This document shows, one piece after another, positions 38,171 through 47,495 of a DNA stretch of 64,000 nt. The translations under genes and the position numbers were made by a program. The notes beneath the pieces were generated by a model. The model saw only the letters and a list, made by a program, of their open reading frames with translations, ran no database searches and was not told the DNA's origin. This DNA comes from an uncultured Verrucomicrobiae bacterium (lineage in GTDB: Bacteria > Verrucomicrobiota > Verrucomicrobiia > Chthoniobacterales > JAFAMB01), in NCBI GenBank assembly GCA_963762565.1, contig CAVXLD010000011.1, positions 178,596-242,595 on the forward strand. Direction: 5' to 3'. The first letter of the stretch is position 1. The number at the start of each line of letters is the position of its first letter.

Positions 38171-38334
38171 CCCATTTTTCTTTTTGAGCGCGAGGAACGA
38201 GCGAGCAAGAATCAAAAGCAAAATACAGTTACTCTTCCAGCGCGGAGCGGAAGCGAGCTCAAGCTTAAAACGGAATAAATGGGGGTAGCCCGTAGGGGGC
38301 AACGTTTATGCCGGATTTGAGCTTGAACTCGCCG
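38171..38334 (+). repeat. Hairpin element, empty allele of the RT-containing site
   Basis: 38171-38310 matches 45761-45902; 38311-38334 matches 47410-47433. Confidence 0.9.
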
Positions 38335-39187
38335 GAGAGGAGCGGTAGCGGAATCACCCGGAGAGAGGAATGAGAAGTGAACGCTGAACGGTGGGAAGTG
38401 ATTGGTGATCACTGTCGCCAAAGCCGGACTCCAGCCATAGCCATCCACAATGCAAAGAGGTTAATGACCATTCGATTGAAGCAAAGAAGGACAAGCCATA
38501 GGAAACAAAAATGTAACCAGATTCCCAAACCCCACTGACAGGCGAGCTGGCTCCCGCGCCCTGAAATTTCCAGCAACCATGTGGCATTCACAATGAGGAC
38601 TACAAGCAGGGTGGTTAAGGCGATCAGACGCCAAGCTCCCACTAAGGTCAATCCGAGAAGCGAAAGTGTTTCAGTAGAAGGCATTGTCGCCTGCCACACG
38701 TCGAAGAGAAGACCAACCTGCAAGCCTATGAGATTCGGGATTACCCACCACCTTTCCTTTCTCAGAGCATATCTTGTTGCCACAGCGAGCATCAGCCTAA
38801 TTCAAGGAATTTTCGCGCGTATCCCTCTGTGTTCCTAATACCAGCTTCCTGTCTAATCGAAGACGAGTCGCCCGGGTTCGCCATCGGCCTCAGTGAATCA
38901 AAAACAGGTCAGTACGCTACTAACCATGCACAAAACTTCAGAGGGCTCGACACTATCCTTTTCGTTCTCTCGATGACGCTGTTCCAATCCTCGAACGGCT
39001 TCTCATTCGTGATCTGATCCGCCGGGGAGAGCGGGAGGGGAGGAAGATTCAGGCGGTGCGGGAGAAGGTTCAGGTTAGGCTTGAGAAGAAGAACCACGCA
39101 CGTTTAGGCCCAAAGCGGCCGTGAGAAGTGAGAAGTGATTGGTGAGAGTTGAGAGGGGAAAGGCAACGTGATTTGTGATTGGTGGGG

Positions 39188-40009
39188 TCAGGGCTCTCCT
39201 GTTCCGAAGAAGGGTTTATGGCCAGAAGAAACGCACGGTGCCGAAAGAAGTGCCGTTTTTCCTATCTCGCTCAGCACCTTCTGGAGCCCCTCTTTGGCCC
39301 AAGGCTCCCATGATGACCAGGGCGGCAACCAAAACCAACCTCCAGCAGCTTCGCCAACAACAGTCGCTGTTCCTCGCGCCGCAACGGCAGCTGTCAAAAG
39401 ACAGATCAACGCAGCCCGTCGTTCATGGTGTTTCTCCATGCGCAACCGGCTCCACACCTCATCAGGCAAATCCAGCTGTTTGGAGAGTTTTGATTCTACG
39501 TTGCTAGAGGTAACCGCTGTGTCATACAGCCAATCAAACCGTCTCCCACGTTTGAAAATCGGCGCCAACTGCATTGTGGGTTCGGGCGTGAGCACTCCCA
39601 GAAAGGCGTTTGGAAATGCTTCAATTATCGGGCCATTCCGGGTTACGCCCGATACTCTTTGCTCAGAGATTTCGACGAACCGGCTGAATTGAGTGCACGC
39701 AATGGCCGTGGCGTCTCTTAGCTTTAATCCTGCACCGCAATGACTAAGCCTGGGTTTACACCGTTTGTGAAAAGGTGCCCGGACAAAAGCTTCTTCGCAG
39801 GGACGTCGAATCGTCTCCTGAGAAGCCGACGGGAGTAGTGGCCCATCAAGCGCTACAACGGAAGCGCAGAAGCCATCAGGAATCTTAAATGTTCGGCTTT
39901 CGAAATCAGTCCTCGCTAGCCAGACCGTTAATTCATCGCCGTTGAGGCACGCGATCGCCGTTGAGCGGCGCTTTTCCGAAAAACCGATGTCGACGCCCAG
40001 GAGTTTCAT
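39188..40009 (-). CDS. DUF429 family predicted nuclease (RNase H fold)
   Basis: MKLLGVDIGFS, VALDGPL, RPCE, IIEAFPNAFL, AALICLLTA, GWFWLP; start at 40009. Confidence 0.78.
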   Translation of the reverse strand: MKLLGVDIGFSEKRRSTAIACLNGDELTVWLARTDFESRTFKIPDGFCASVVALDGPLLPSASQETIRRPCEEAFVRAPFHKRCKPRLSHCGAGLKLRDATAIACTQFSRFVEISEQRVSGVTRNGPIIEAFPNAFLGVLTPEPTMQLAPIFKRGRRFDWLYDTAVTSSNVESKLSKQLDLPDEVWSRLRMEKHHERRAALICLLTAAVAARGTATVVGEAAGGWFWLPPWSSWEPWAKEGLQKVLSEIGKTALLSAPCVSSGHKPFFGTGEP

Positions 40010-40291
40010 ATGCCGAACACTTATATAAGGAAAAACCGAGCCAAGTGGTCGAGGCTTGAACGACCACAAGATGAGAGGTGGACGCGATTGGTCATGCTCC
40101 AGCATCTCCGATCTGGCTAGGCTAGACCAATCGCCGGAGTCTGGAAAAGCACAGGTTTCCGCAGTTAGTCTCAAACCCGCGGCACCAGAAGCTTCTGGAT
40201 GACACCGAAGCTCTCCTCTATTGTGATCATCAATTTGATCGCCACTTTGTCCTTTCTTTATCATAAATCCACAAACCCGCGGTGACTCGCA

Positions 40292-40921
40292 TTGACGGAC
40301 CCGAACAATCTCAAATCCGCTGCCGAGTATCTTCTTCAAGTGGCTCGCAGCTCTGAAGGCCGCCGCTATCGTAAGCAGCCCAAGATCGACGCGTTAAGAC
40401 AATATAAGGAAGAGATCTTGGAGGCACACCGCAGTGGTCTCAGCGTGCACCGGATCGCGCAGATCTTTAGGGAACGCGGCGTTGACATCTCCGTGCCCCA
40501 TTTGGTGCGAACCGTTCGACGTTTTGTCGACGAAGAGGAGCGGACCAGTGGCAGGGCTTCCGGTCAACGACCTCCTCCGACGAAAGAAACTAAGTCCCAG
40601 GCGACATATCAGGTTGCCGAGCAACCTTCTGCCCTTGTCCAGGAGGAGGAATTCGCCAAGCAATTGCGGCTCGCGCGCTATTTGGCTGGGGCCAATCTGC
40701 CGCGGTCGCGATCGCTACAGCAGGTTCGCGAGGCAAGAACGCCTAAGCAAGAGCGACTCGGTACAAAACCGACTGCTAAAGCCAAGAGAGAAACGACCAG
40801 CAAAAAAGCTCAGGGTGAAGAATTGGCGAAGGAGCGTCGCCGCGCCGGGCGACCGCTTCATAACGTATCGTCATCCGGTACGGGGCGAGGGGAGAAGCAA
40901 CGGCCTTCGCCCGGTCGTTAG
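40292..40921 (+). CDS. Hypothetical HTH-like protein with basic low-complexity tail (intact copy)
   Basis: KIDALRQYKEEILEAHRSGLSVHRIAQIFRERGVDISVPHLVRTV; paralog at 53155 differs mostly at synonymous sites. Confidence 0.72.
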   Translation: MTDPNNLKSAAEYLLQVARSSEGRRYRKQPKIDALRQYKEEILEAHRSGLSVHRIAQIFRERGVDISVPHLVRTVRRFVDEEERTSGRASGQRPPPTKETKSQATYQVAEQPSALVQEEEFAKQLRLARYLAGANLPRSRSLQQVREARTPKQERLGTKPTAKAKRETTSKKAQGEELAKERRRAGRPLHNVSSSGTGRGEKQRPSPGR

Positions 40922-41051
40922 AAGCTCGGTTAGGAGATGGCTTAATGGCCCGATTGTCTTCGCCATCACGAGTCTGGCCGAACGTTCATGCGGAATCGAC
41001 TCTGCGGACTACTCAGGCCCTCAGGGTTTTTTTGAAAAAAATTAGCCCGAC

Positions 41052-41297
41052 CTACCCGGTCTGACTTTCTATTTCGCCGAAGGTTCTCGACTTCAGTTCC
41101 ACGCCCGTGATCTGGTCCATCTGGTCCGGACCAACAACCTCGATTTGGCCAGCCGCCCTTTCGAAAACGAGTCGCATGGAGGGGGTGACCCAAACGTGCT
41201 CGCGAGTTCTCACGTAGATCGAGTCACCGCCAACTCGGTGTATGGTAAACGGCTGCCATTCTCTGGCTCTTAGGAGTTCCCGAATTCGTTCGATCAT
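41052..41297 (-). CDS. Small conserved hypothetical protein, copy 1
   Basis: IRELLRAREWQPFTIHRVGG; 75/81 aa identical to 59417-59662. Confidence 0.75.
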   Translation of the reverse strand: MIERIRELLRAREWQPFTIHRVGGDSIYVRTREHVWVTPSMRLVFERAAGQIEVVGPDQMDQITGVELKSRTFGEIESQTG

Positions 41298-41570
41298 ACG
41301 GTACGGCTATGCCCAAACGGGAAGTCCGACAAGGATGGCAGCTTCCGTGACCCGAAGACTGGGCAGCACTCATGACGCGATCGCGCTTGGAAATCAGGGT
41401 AAGTAGGGGGATGGCCACCGGCGGCGATGTTATGTGCGCCGCAAAAATCGAGCATCTTCTGGGCCTCACGGATACCGCCGGCGCTGAATCTGAAGCCTCC
41501 CCGCCGAACCTGGCAAGAGCGCGAGTCTTGCGGTTTGGTCCGCCCGGCCTATTTTTGATCTGCAAGCACT

Positions 41571-42863
41571 ATGAAGGCAGCGGATTCATCGACGAAGGCG
41601 CTGAGCATTCTTCACTTGCTGATGGGAGATTATCATCCTCGCAATTTTGCGGTCAGGCTTTGGGATGGCCGGGAGTGGCCCGCAGAAACCGGCTTGCCTG
41701 TCTTTACGCTGGCCTTCAATCATCCTCATGCCTTACGGTCCCTGCTGCAGAGTCGCGGCAGCGATCTAGCGATCAGCGAATCTTACATCCGGGGTGAGCT
41801 TGATCTCGAAGGAGACATCGAAGCTGCGATGCCGTTGGTCAAGTATTTGACTGATCGCCACTGGCCCACCTCAACGGCCCTACGGATCGGGTGGAATGGG
41901 TTCCATCTCTCTGTCAACGGCGGGTCCAAACGAAACGGGCAAAGGCCTGCCATGCTGTCCGAGGAGCTGCATTCGATTGAGCGAGATCGCCAGGCGATAA
42001 CCTATCATTACGACGTCTCGAATGATTTCTATGCGTTATGGCTTGATCAACGAATGGTCTATTCCTGTGCTTATTTTGAAACCAACGAGGAAGATTTGGA
42101 CACGGCTCAGACACGCAAGCTCGATTACCTATGCCGGAAACTGCGACTGCGCCCCGGTGAACGCCTGCTCGACATTGGCTGCGGCTGGGGTGGCCTGATC
42201 ATCCATGCCGCCCAGCAGTACGGAGTAGAAGCCCTTGGCATCACGCTCAGTCGCAACCAAGCCGAGCTGGCTAACGAGCGAGTAGCGCGGGCCAGCTTGG
42301 ATAGCCGGTGCCGGGTGGAAGTGCGCGATTACCGCGACCTGAACGATAGCGACGGCTTCGACAAACTGGTTAGCGTCGGCATGTTCGAGCACGTGGGTGA
42401 AAGCAAGCTCCCGCGCTATTTTGAACACGCATGGGAATTGTTGAGACCGGGCGGAGTTTTCCTCAACCACGGTATCGCTTTACGTGCGAGCGAGCCGCAG
42501 CCGAAGGGTCCGAACTTTATGAGTCGCTATGTCTTTCCGGATACCGAGTTGGTGCCAATCAACGCGACGCTGCGATATGCCGAAGAGGCCGGGTTCGAAG
42601 TCCGTGACGTGGAGAGCCTGCGGGAGCATTACGCGCTCACTTTGCGCCACTGGGCTCGCCGTTTGGAACTTCGTCGCGACGAGGCGCTACGAGTGGTAGA
42701 CGAGCCAACCTATCGGGTTTGGCGATTGTTCCTGCCGGGATCAGCATATTGGTTCGCAGCGGGAGCGTTGAGCGTTTATCAAGCGTTGCTCCTCAAACCC
42801 GAGGAAGGCCGCAGCGGTCTGCCGCTGACCCGGCGGGGCTGGTACCTAGCCAATGACAAATGA
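41571..42863 (+). CDS. cfa: Cyclopropane-fatty-acyl-phospholipid synthase
   Basis: YHYDVSNDFY, MVYSCAYF, LLDIGCGWG, SVGMFEHVG, ESLREHYALTL. Confidence 0.92.
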   Translation: MKAADSSTKALSILHLLMGDYHPRNFAVRLWDGREWPAETGLPVFTLAFNHPHALRSLLQSRGSDLAISESYIRGELDLEGDIEAAMPLVKYLTDRHWPTSTALRIGWNGFHLSVNGGSKRNGQRPAMLSEELHSIERDRQAITYHYDVSNDFYALWLDQRMVYSCAYFETNEEDLDTAQTRKLDYLCRKLRLRPGERLLDIGCGWGGLIIHAAQQYGVEALGITLSRNQAELANERVARASLDSRCRVEVRDYRDLNDSDGFDKLVSVGMFEHVGESKLPRYFEHAWELLRPGGVFLNHGIALRASEPQPKGPNFMSRYVFPDTELVPINATLRYAEEAGFEVRDVESLREHYALTLRHWARRLELRRDEALRVVDEPTYRVWRLFLPGSAYWFAAGALSVYQALLLKPEEGRSGLPLTRRGWYLANDK

Positions 42864-43024
42864 CAAAAACGAGCCCTCTTTAATCCTAAAATCCGAAGAT
42901 GAAATAAACCGCAGATTACGCAGATTCAATGTATGGCAAATGAGCACGCGCGCTGAATTTGCGTTAATCCGCGGAATCTGTGGATCGTAATTTGGAATCG
43001 GGGTTAATTTTGTCATTTGTCATT
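42852..43024. repeat. Element with perfect 17-bp TIRs and nested inner inverted repeats
   Basis: aatgacaaatgacaaaa (42852-42868) / ttttgtcatttgtcatt (43008-43024); inner ccgcagattacgcagatt ... aatccgcggaatctgtgg. Confidence 0.85.
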
Positions 43025-44674
43025 TCTTAGCGGCCGGGAGCGGTCCAGCAGTAAGGCAACGCCATCCCCTGAGCGCAACGTTCCGAAAGCTAGACCAAGC
43101 GCGTCGGTGAGGCGCGCGCTACAGAAAAGATCAGCGATTGATTGATTGCCAGTGCGGATCAATGCCGCCGCTTGCAAAGCCAGAGCCATTTTTTCAACCA
43201 GCCAGCGAGCGCCAAACTCCGTGCCCATTTCAGCCGGCTTAGCCCAACTCAGAGAGCCAACGAAGCGATCGAAAATGGAATTACCTCCTATGGCTACGCT
43301 GATTTCTTGCCAGAGAGCTTCGATGGTATCCGGATCCTTTTGCATGGCTCTCAGAACATCCAGGCATTGGACATTGCCGGCCCCTTCCCACAGAGAATTC
43401 AAAGGAGCGTCCCGGTAAAGGCGAGGAAGCGGCGATTCTTCAACATATCCGTTCCCGCCGAGACACTCCAAAGCCTCCGCTACTACCGCTGGCGTCCGCT
43501 TTGTGATCCAATACTTGGCGATTGCGGTAGCGATACGAGCAAACTTGTGTTCGCGCGGGTCTTGACGTGCCCGATCAAACGCATGAGCGAGGCGAATAGA
43601 CAGTGCGGTCGCAGCTTCCGACTCCAAACACAAATCGGCCAGAACGTTTCGCATCAATGGTTGATCGATCAAAAGGCGTCCGAATGCGGATCGATGGGCT
43701 GCATGATGGGTTGCTTCGGTCACTGCTTTGCGCATGGAAGCCGCCGAGCCCACGGCACAATCCAACCGGGTATGGCGCACCATTTCCATAATCGTCGCGA
43801 TCCCGCGGCCTTCTTCCCCGATTAATTGCGACCATGCCCGCTTGAACTCCACTTCGCTGGACGCATTTGAGCGGTTACCAAGCTTGTCTTTCAGGCGGAG
43901 AAGATGGAAGGCGTTTCTAGTTCCATCCGGTCGCCAGCGAGGGAGCAAGAAGCAGGAGAGGCCCTTAGGCGCTTGCGCGAGCATCAGAAAGGCGTCACAC
44001 ATCGGTGCAGAGCAAAACCATTTATGACCCGTAATGACGTAATCCCCGCCCGGTCCACCTCCATCGACTGGCTCGGCCAGCGTCGTATTTGCTCGTACGT
44101 CGCTGCCTCCCTGGCGTTCGGTCATACCCATACCGAAGAGCGCACCCCGTTTTTGAGAAGCCGGCATTGAGCGAGGATCGTAGGTAGACGAAAGGATTCG
44201 TGGTTCCCATTCTCTCGCGAGTTCCGGCTGCAATCGAAGCGACGGGATCGCCGCGAATGTCATGGTTAACGGGCAACTCGTACCTTCGTCGACCTGATGT
44301 CTGAGAAACGCTAGAGCGGCTCGCGCGACGTGCGCACCGGCATCCTTGTTGATCCAAGGCAGAGAATGGATTCGCACTTCGACGCCGATGCGCATCAATT
44401 CATGGTACGCCGGATGGTACACGACTTCGTCGATCCGGTAACCAAACCGGTCATGCGTTCGCAGCTCCGGCGGAAATCGGTTAGCCTGGATGCCTAGATT
44501 GATGATCTCTGGGCTACCGAGCAGTTCTCCAAGTTTGTGCGCTTCCGGCTCGATCCAACCGCCGCCCTCTCGCCGGACTGCCTCTTTCAGGGCCTGGTCG
44601 CTGTCGAAAAGATTGTAATTCTCTAAAGGTGGCGGCTGATTGAATACGATCTCGGGGGAATAGTTGGCGCCCAT
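43013..44674 (-). CDS. aidB: AidB-family acyl-CoA dehydrogenase
   Basis: VFNQPPPL, CPLTMT, GMGMTERQGGSDVR, GHKWFCSAPMCD, RLKDKLGNRSNASSEVEF, EALECLGGNGYVE, WEGAGNV. Confidence 0.9.
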   Translation of the reverse strand: MGANYSPEIVFNQPPPLENYNLFDSDQALKEAVRREGGGWIEPEAHKLGELLGSPEIINLGIQANRFPPELRTHDRFGYRIDEVVYHPAYHELMRIGVEVRIHSLPWINKDAGAHVARAALAFLRHQVDEGTSCPLTMTFAAIPSLRLQPELAREWEPRILSSTYDPRSMPASQKRGALFGMGMTERQGGSDVRANTTLAEPVDGGGPGGDYVITGHKWFCSAPMCDAFLMLAQAPKGLSCFLLPRWRPDGTRNAFHLLRLKDKLGNRSNASSEVEFKRAWSQLIGEEGRGIATIMEMVRHTRLDCAVGSAASMRKAVTEATHHAAHRSAFGRLLIDQPLMRNVLADLCLESEAATALSIRLAHAFDRARQDPREHKFARIATAIAKYWITKRTPAVVAEALECLGGNGYVEESPLPRLYRDAPLNSLWEGAGNVQCLDVLRAMQKDPDTIEALWQEISVAIGGNSIFDRFVGSLSWAKPAEMGTEFGARWLVEKMALALQAAALIRTGNQSIADLFCSARLTDALGLAFGTLRSGDGVALLLDRSRPLRNDK

Positions 44675-45420
44675 GAGATAGGGGAACCAAAGATGATCGC
44701 GCGGTCCCGGGTCCGTAGCAACACTCCGGGAGTTGTTTATTTTTGGGTATCGCCGGCTATCCGGCGTCTTTATGCAGTCAGTGTTTGCGTCGAAGCAGTC
44801 TTACGTCTACGGATCTCTACGGTACACTCCTTCTCGGACCTGGTCCGTTAGTCTCTAGCGACGTATCAAGCGAAGAGCTCAGCTTGAACACAACATCGGA
44901 GCGAGTGGAGGAAAAACTGGAGATTCCGCGGTTATCGTAATCGGGAGCTAAGCGATTTTAGCAACCGATCCAGAACCGCCAGCAGAGCTGTTACAATCGA
45001 TTGAGGCCCATGTGTGTCCCTTGGATCATCCGGAATTGAGTAACGTCATAGATGGGTCGATCGGCGCCCGGAAAACCGACATAACCAAGGTCTGGCTTTT
45101 TGCGTGTAATGTGCGCATCTAACATGAGCTTTGCGGAGATTATCGAGGAAGCTGCCCGGGCTGACACCGGCGGAACGGCAGGCAATCTATCGGCGGATCG
45201 AAGATCTCGATAGGGAGCCGCGATTCGAGGTGACGGAGGAGATGGCGCTGCGATCGAGGAAGCAACGCGCTCCCTTGAGACTGGGAAAGGAATGCCACTA
45301 GAAGAAGTATGCCAGCGATTTCTTGCCAAATGGGCAATCTTTCTGTGCGTACACTATATCTTCTAGTTCACGGCCCCCTAGCGACTGGTGGCATGGCGCC
45401 GCCAATCGCAACGAGGCAAA

Positions 45421-45592
45421 AAAAACCCGCGGTGACTCGCATTGACTGATCCTGATCATCTCAAATCCGCTGCCGAGTATCTTCTTCAAGTGGCACGCAG
45501 CTCTGAAGGCCGCCGTTATCGAAAGCAGCCCAAGATCGACGCATTGAGACAGGATAAGGAAGAGATCTTGGAGGCGCTGCCGCTGGGCCGCT
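45421..45592 (+). pseudogene. 5' fragment of the HTH-like gene (copy 2), broken at the heptamer insertion point
   Basis: Matches about 40273-40432. Confidence 0.8.
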
Positions 45593-45904
45593 AGCGCGGC
45601 CGTGATCCGACGTCGCCAAGGCTATGTCGGACAGGGAGGTGAGAAGTGATTGGTGATTCGTGATTGGCAATCCAATCGAAGCAACATAGCCAAAGCGGCG
45701 ATCTCTCCGGACCGTGAGTAGCACACAACTGATTTTCAAGACGTTGCAGCATGTTCCCGACCCATTTTGCTTTTTTGAGCGCGAGGAACGAGCGAGCAAG
45801 AATCAAAAGCAAAATACAGTTACTCTTCCAGCGCGGAGCGGAAGCGAGCTCAAGCTTAAAACGGAATAAATGGGGGTAGCCCGTAGGGAGCAAACGTTTA
45901 TGGC

Positions 45905-47266
45905 ATGAACATACCTACGACAGAACAAGAGGCAGCGAAGCTGAGCATGCGCGAAGCGATGCTGCCTCCGAGAGTTCAACGATTGAGACAGAAGCTCAGT
46001 AGGAAAGCTAAAGAGCAGAAGCGATTTCGCTTCTACAGTCTGTATGACAAGATCATCGACAAGGAGACGTTGACGGCAGCTTACCGCCAGGTAAGAGCCA
46101 ACGATGGAGCGCCAGGGATAGACGGGGTAACGCTAGCTCGCATCGATGAAGTTATAGGTGAAGAGCGCTTTGTGGAGGAACTCCACAACGAACTCAAGGC
46201 AGGGCAGTACAAAGCCTCGCCAGTACGGAGAGAATACATACCGAAGGCCAACGGGAAACTGCGACCACTGGGAATACCGGTGATCAAGGATCGAGTCGTG
46301 CAGGCAGCGGTGGTGCAGATCATCGAGCCAATCTTCGAAGCGGACTTCGAGGATTGCTCTTATGGGTTCCGACCTGGGCGCAATGCGCATCAGGCGCTGG
46401 AGCAGATCGCAGCAGCACTAAAGGCAGGCAAGACAGAGGTCTACGACGCAGATCTGGAAGGCTACTTCGATTCCATACCGCACGACAAACTCATGAAGTG
46501 CATCAGGATGAGAGTGGTCGATGGCGCGGTGTTAGGACTGATCAAGCAGTGGTTGGAAGCACCAGTAGTGGAAGAAATCCGGGAAGAAGGGAAACGGGAG
46601 AGGAAACCTCGACACAAAGTGACGAGAAACAGCAAAGGCACTCCGCAAGGGGGAGTGGCCTCACCACTATTAGCTAATATCTACCTGCATTGGTTTGACC
46701 GGGTATTCCACTCCGAACAAGGACCGGCTAAGTGGGCAAAAGCGACGCTGATCAGATACGCGGACGATTTTGTGATACTGGGCCGGAAAATCACACCGAG
46801 GCTTGAGAGCTTTGTTAGCGAGAAGATCGAACAGTGGCTCGGGCTGAAAATCAACCGGGACAAAACGCGCATCTATGAGGTCAAAGCCAGTGAAAACGGG
46901 CTAGACTTCCTAGGGTACAACTTCAGCTTGGCGCTTGCTGCGCACGGCCCAAAACGCCGGTACTGGCGAGTGTCTCCGAGCAAGAAGTCAGTACAGCGCG
47001 AAACCGTCCAATTGCGAGCTATGATCTCCAACCGGCAGCAACACATACCGGTCACTGAATTAATAGAGCGACTAAACCGGCACTTGCGGGGATGGAAGAA
47101 CTATTACGGTAAGTGGCACTGTGGAGCGGCCATGAAGCGGATCAACTGGCAGGTGGAAAATCGGTTGAGAAAGCATCTTCGGCGACGTAGCCAGCGACCC
47201 TGGCGAATCCCCAAAGGGAGCACACTGATGGCGCAGCTTCACAAGTTCGGACTGGTACGGCTCTGA
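45905..47266 (+). CDS. ltrA: Group II intron reverse transcriptase/maturase (no endonuclease domain)
   Basis: GAPGIDG, RPLGIP..DRVVQ, SYGFRPG, DADLEGYFD, GTPQGG..SPLLANIYL, RYADD, DFLGY, LRGWKNYY. Confidence 0.95.
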   Translation: MNIPTTEQEAAKLSMREAMLPPRVQRLRQKLSRKAKEQKRFRFYSLYDKIIDKETLTAAYRQVRANDGAPGIDGVTLARIDEVIGEERFVEELHNELKAGQYKASPVRREYIPKANGKLRPLGIPVIKDRVVQAAVVQIIEPIFEADFEDCSYGFRPGRNAHQALEQIAAALKAGKTEVYDADLEGYFDSIPHDKLMKCIRMRVVDGAVLGLIKQWLEAPVVEEIREEGKRERKPRHKVTRNSKGTPQGGVASPLLANIYLHWFDRVFHSEQGPAKWAKATLIRYADDFVILGRKITPRLESFVSEKIEQWLGLKINRDKTRIYEVKASENGLDFLGYNFSLALAAHGPKRRYWRVSPSKKSVQRETVQLRAMISNRQQHIPVTELIERLNRHLRGWKNYYGKWHCGAAMKRINWQVENRLRKHLRRRSQRPWRIPKGSTLMAQLHKFGLVRL

Positions 47267-47292
47267 GAAACTTTACTACGAAGACCTTTGAC

Positions 47293-47409
47293 GAAAGCTG
47301 GATGCAGGAAATCTGCACGTCCAGTTTGATGAGGGAGAGGGACATGAGCAATCAAGAATGGTATGCAGTCCTTAGGCACAGATGGGGAAACCCTGATACT
47401 CGCTTTGCT
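47293..47409 (+). ncRNA. Group II intron domain V and partial domain VI
   Basis: aagctggatgcaggaaatctgcacgtccagtttgatgaggg with AGC triad and GAAA-type loop; no canonical ...ctctAC 3' end seen. Confidence 0.85.
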
Positions 47410-47495
47410 CCGGATTTGAGCTTGAACTCGCCGAAGAGCGCGCCCTTAGCGTGCTTGCATCTTTGCGTGAAGATTGGAGGATTTCAACTGACGCC

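Noticed and set aside
38054..38302. Minus-strand ORFs MPPTGYPHLFRFKLEL... (here and at 45591-45893)
   Set aside because: They are similar only because they cross the duplicated hairpin; they lack ATG starts and diverge outside the repeat.
38253..38332. Hairpin as an integron attC site
   Set aside because: No RYYYAAC / GTTRRRY core boxes at the stem ends and no integrase in the window. A covariance-model search would be needed to exclude it fully.
38409..39097. Short hydrophobic minus-strand ORFs between repeats
   Set aside because: No motif or clear start; at most gene debris.
40010..40339. N-terminal extension of the DUF429 ORF and the recurring minus-strand peptide MKKILGSGFE...CESPRV (also near 45489 and 53200)
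   Set aside because: It is the antisense of the HTH gene. Substitutions between copies preserve the + strand protein, and DUF429 motifs begin at 40009.
45905..47266. RT as a retron, DGR or CRISPR-associated RT
   Set aside because: It has group II motifs, a maturase X domain and a downstream domain V. No VTG retron motif, TR/VR pair or cas1 was seen.
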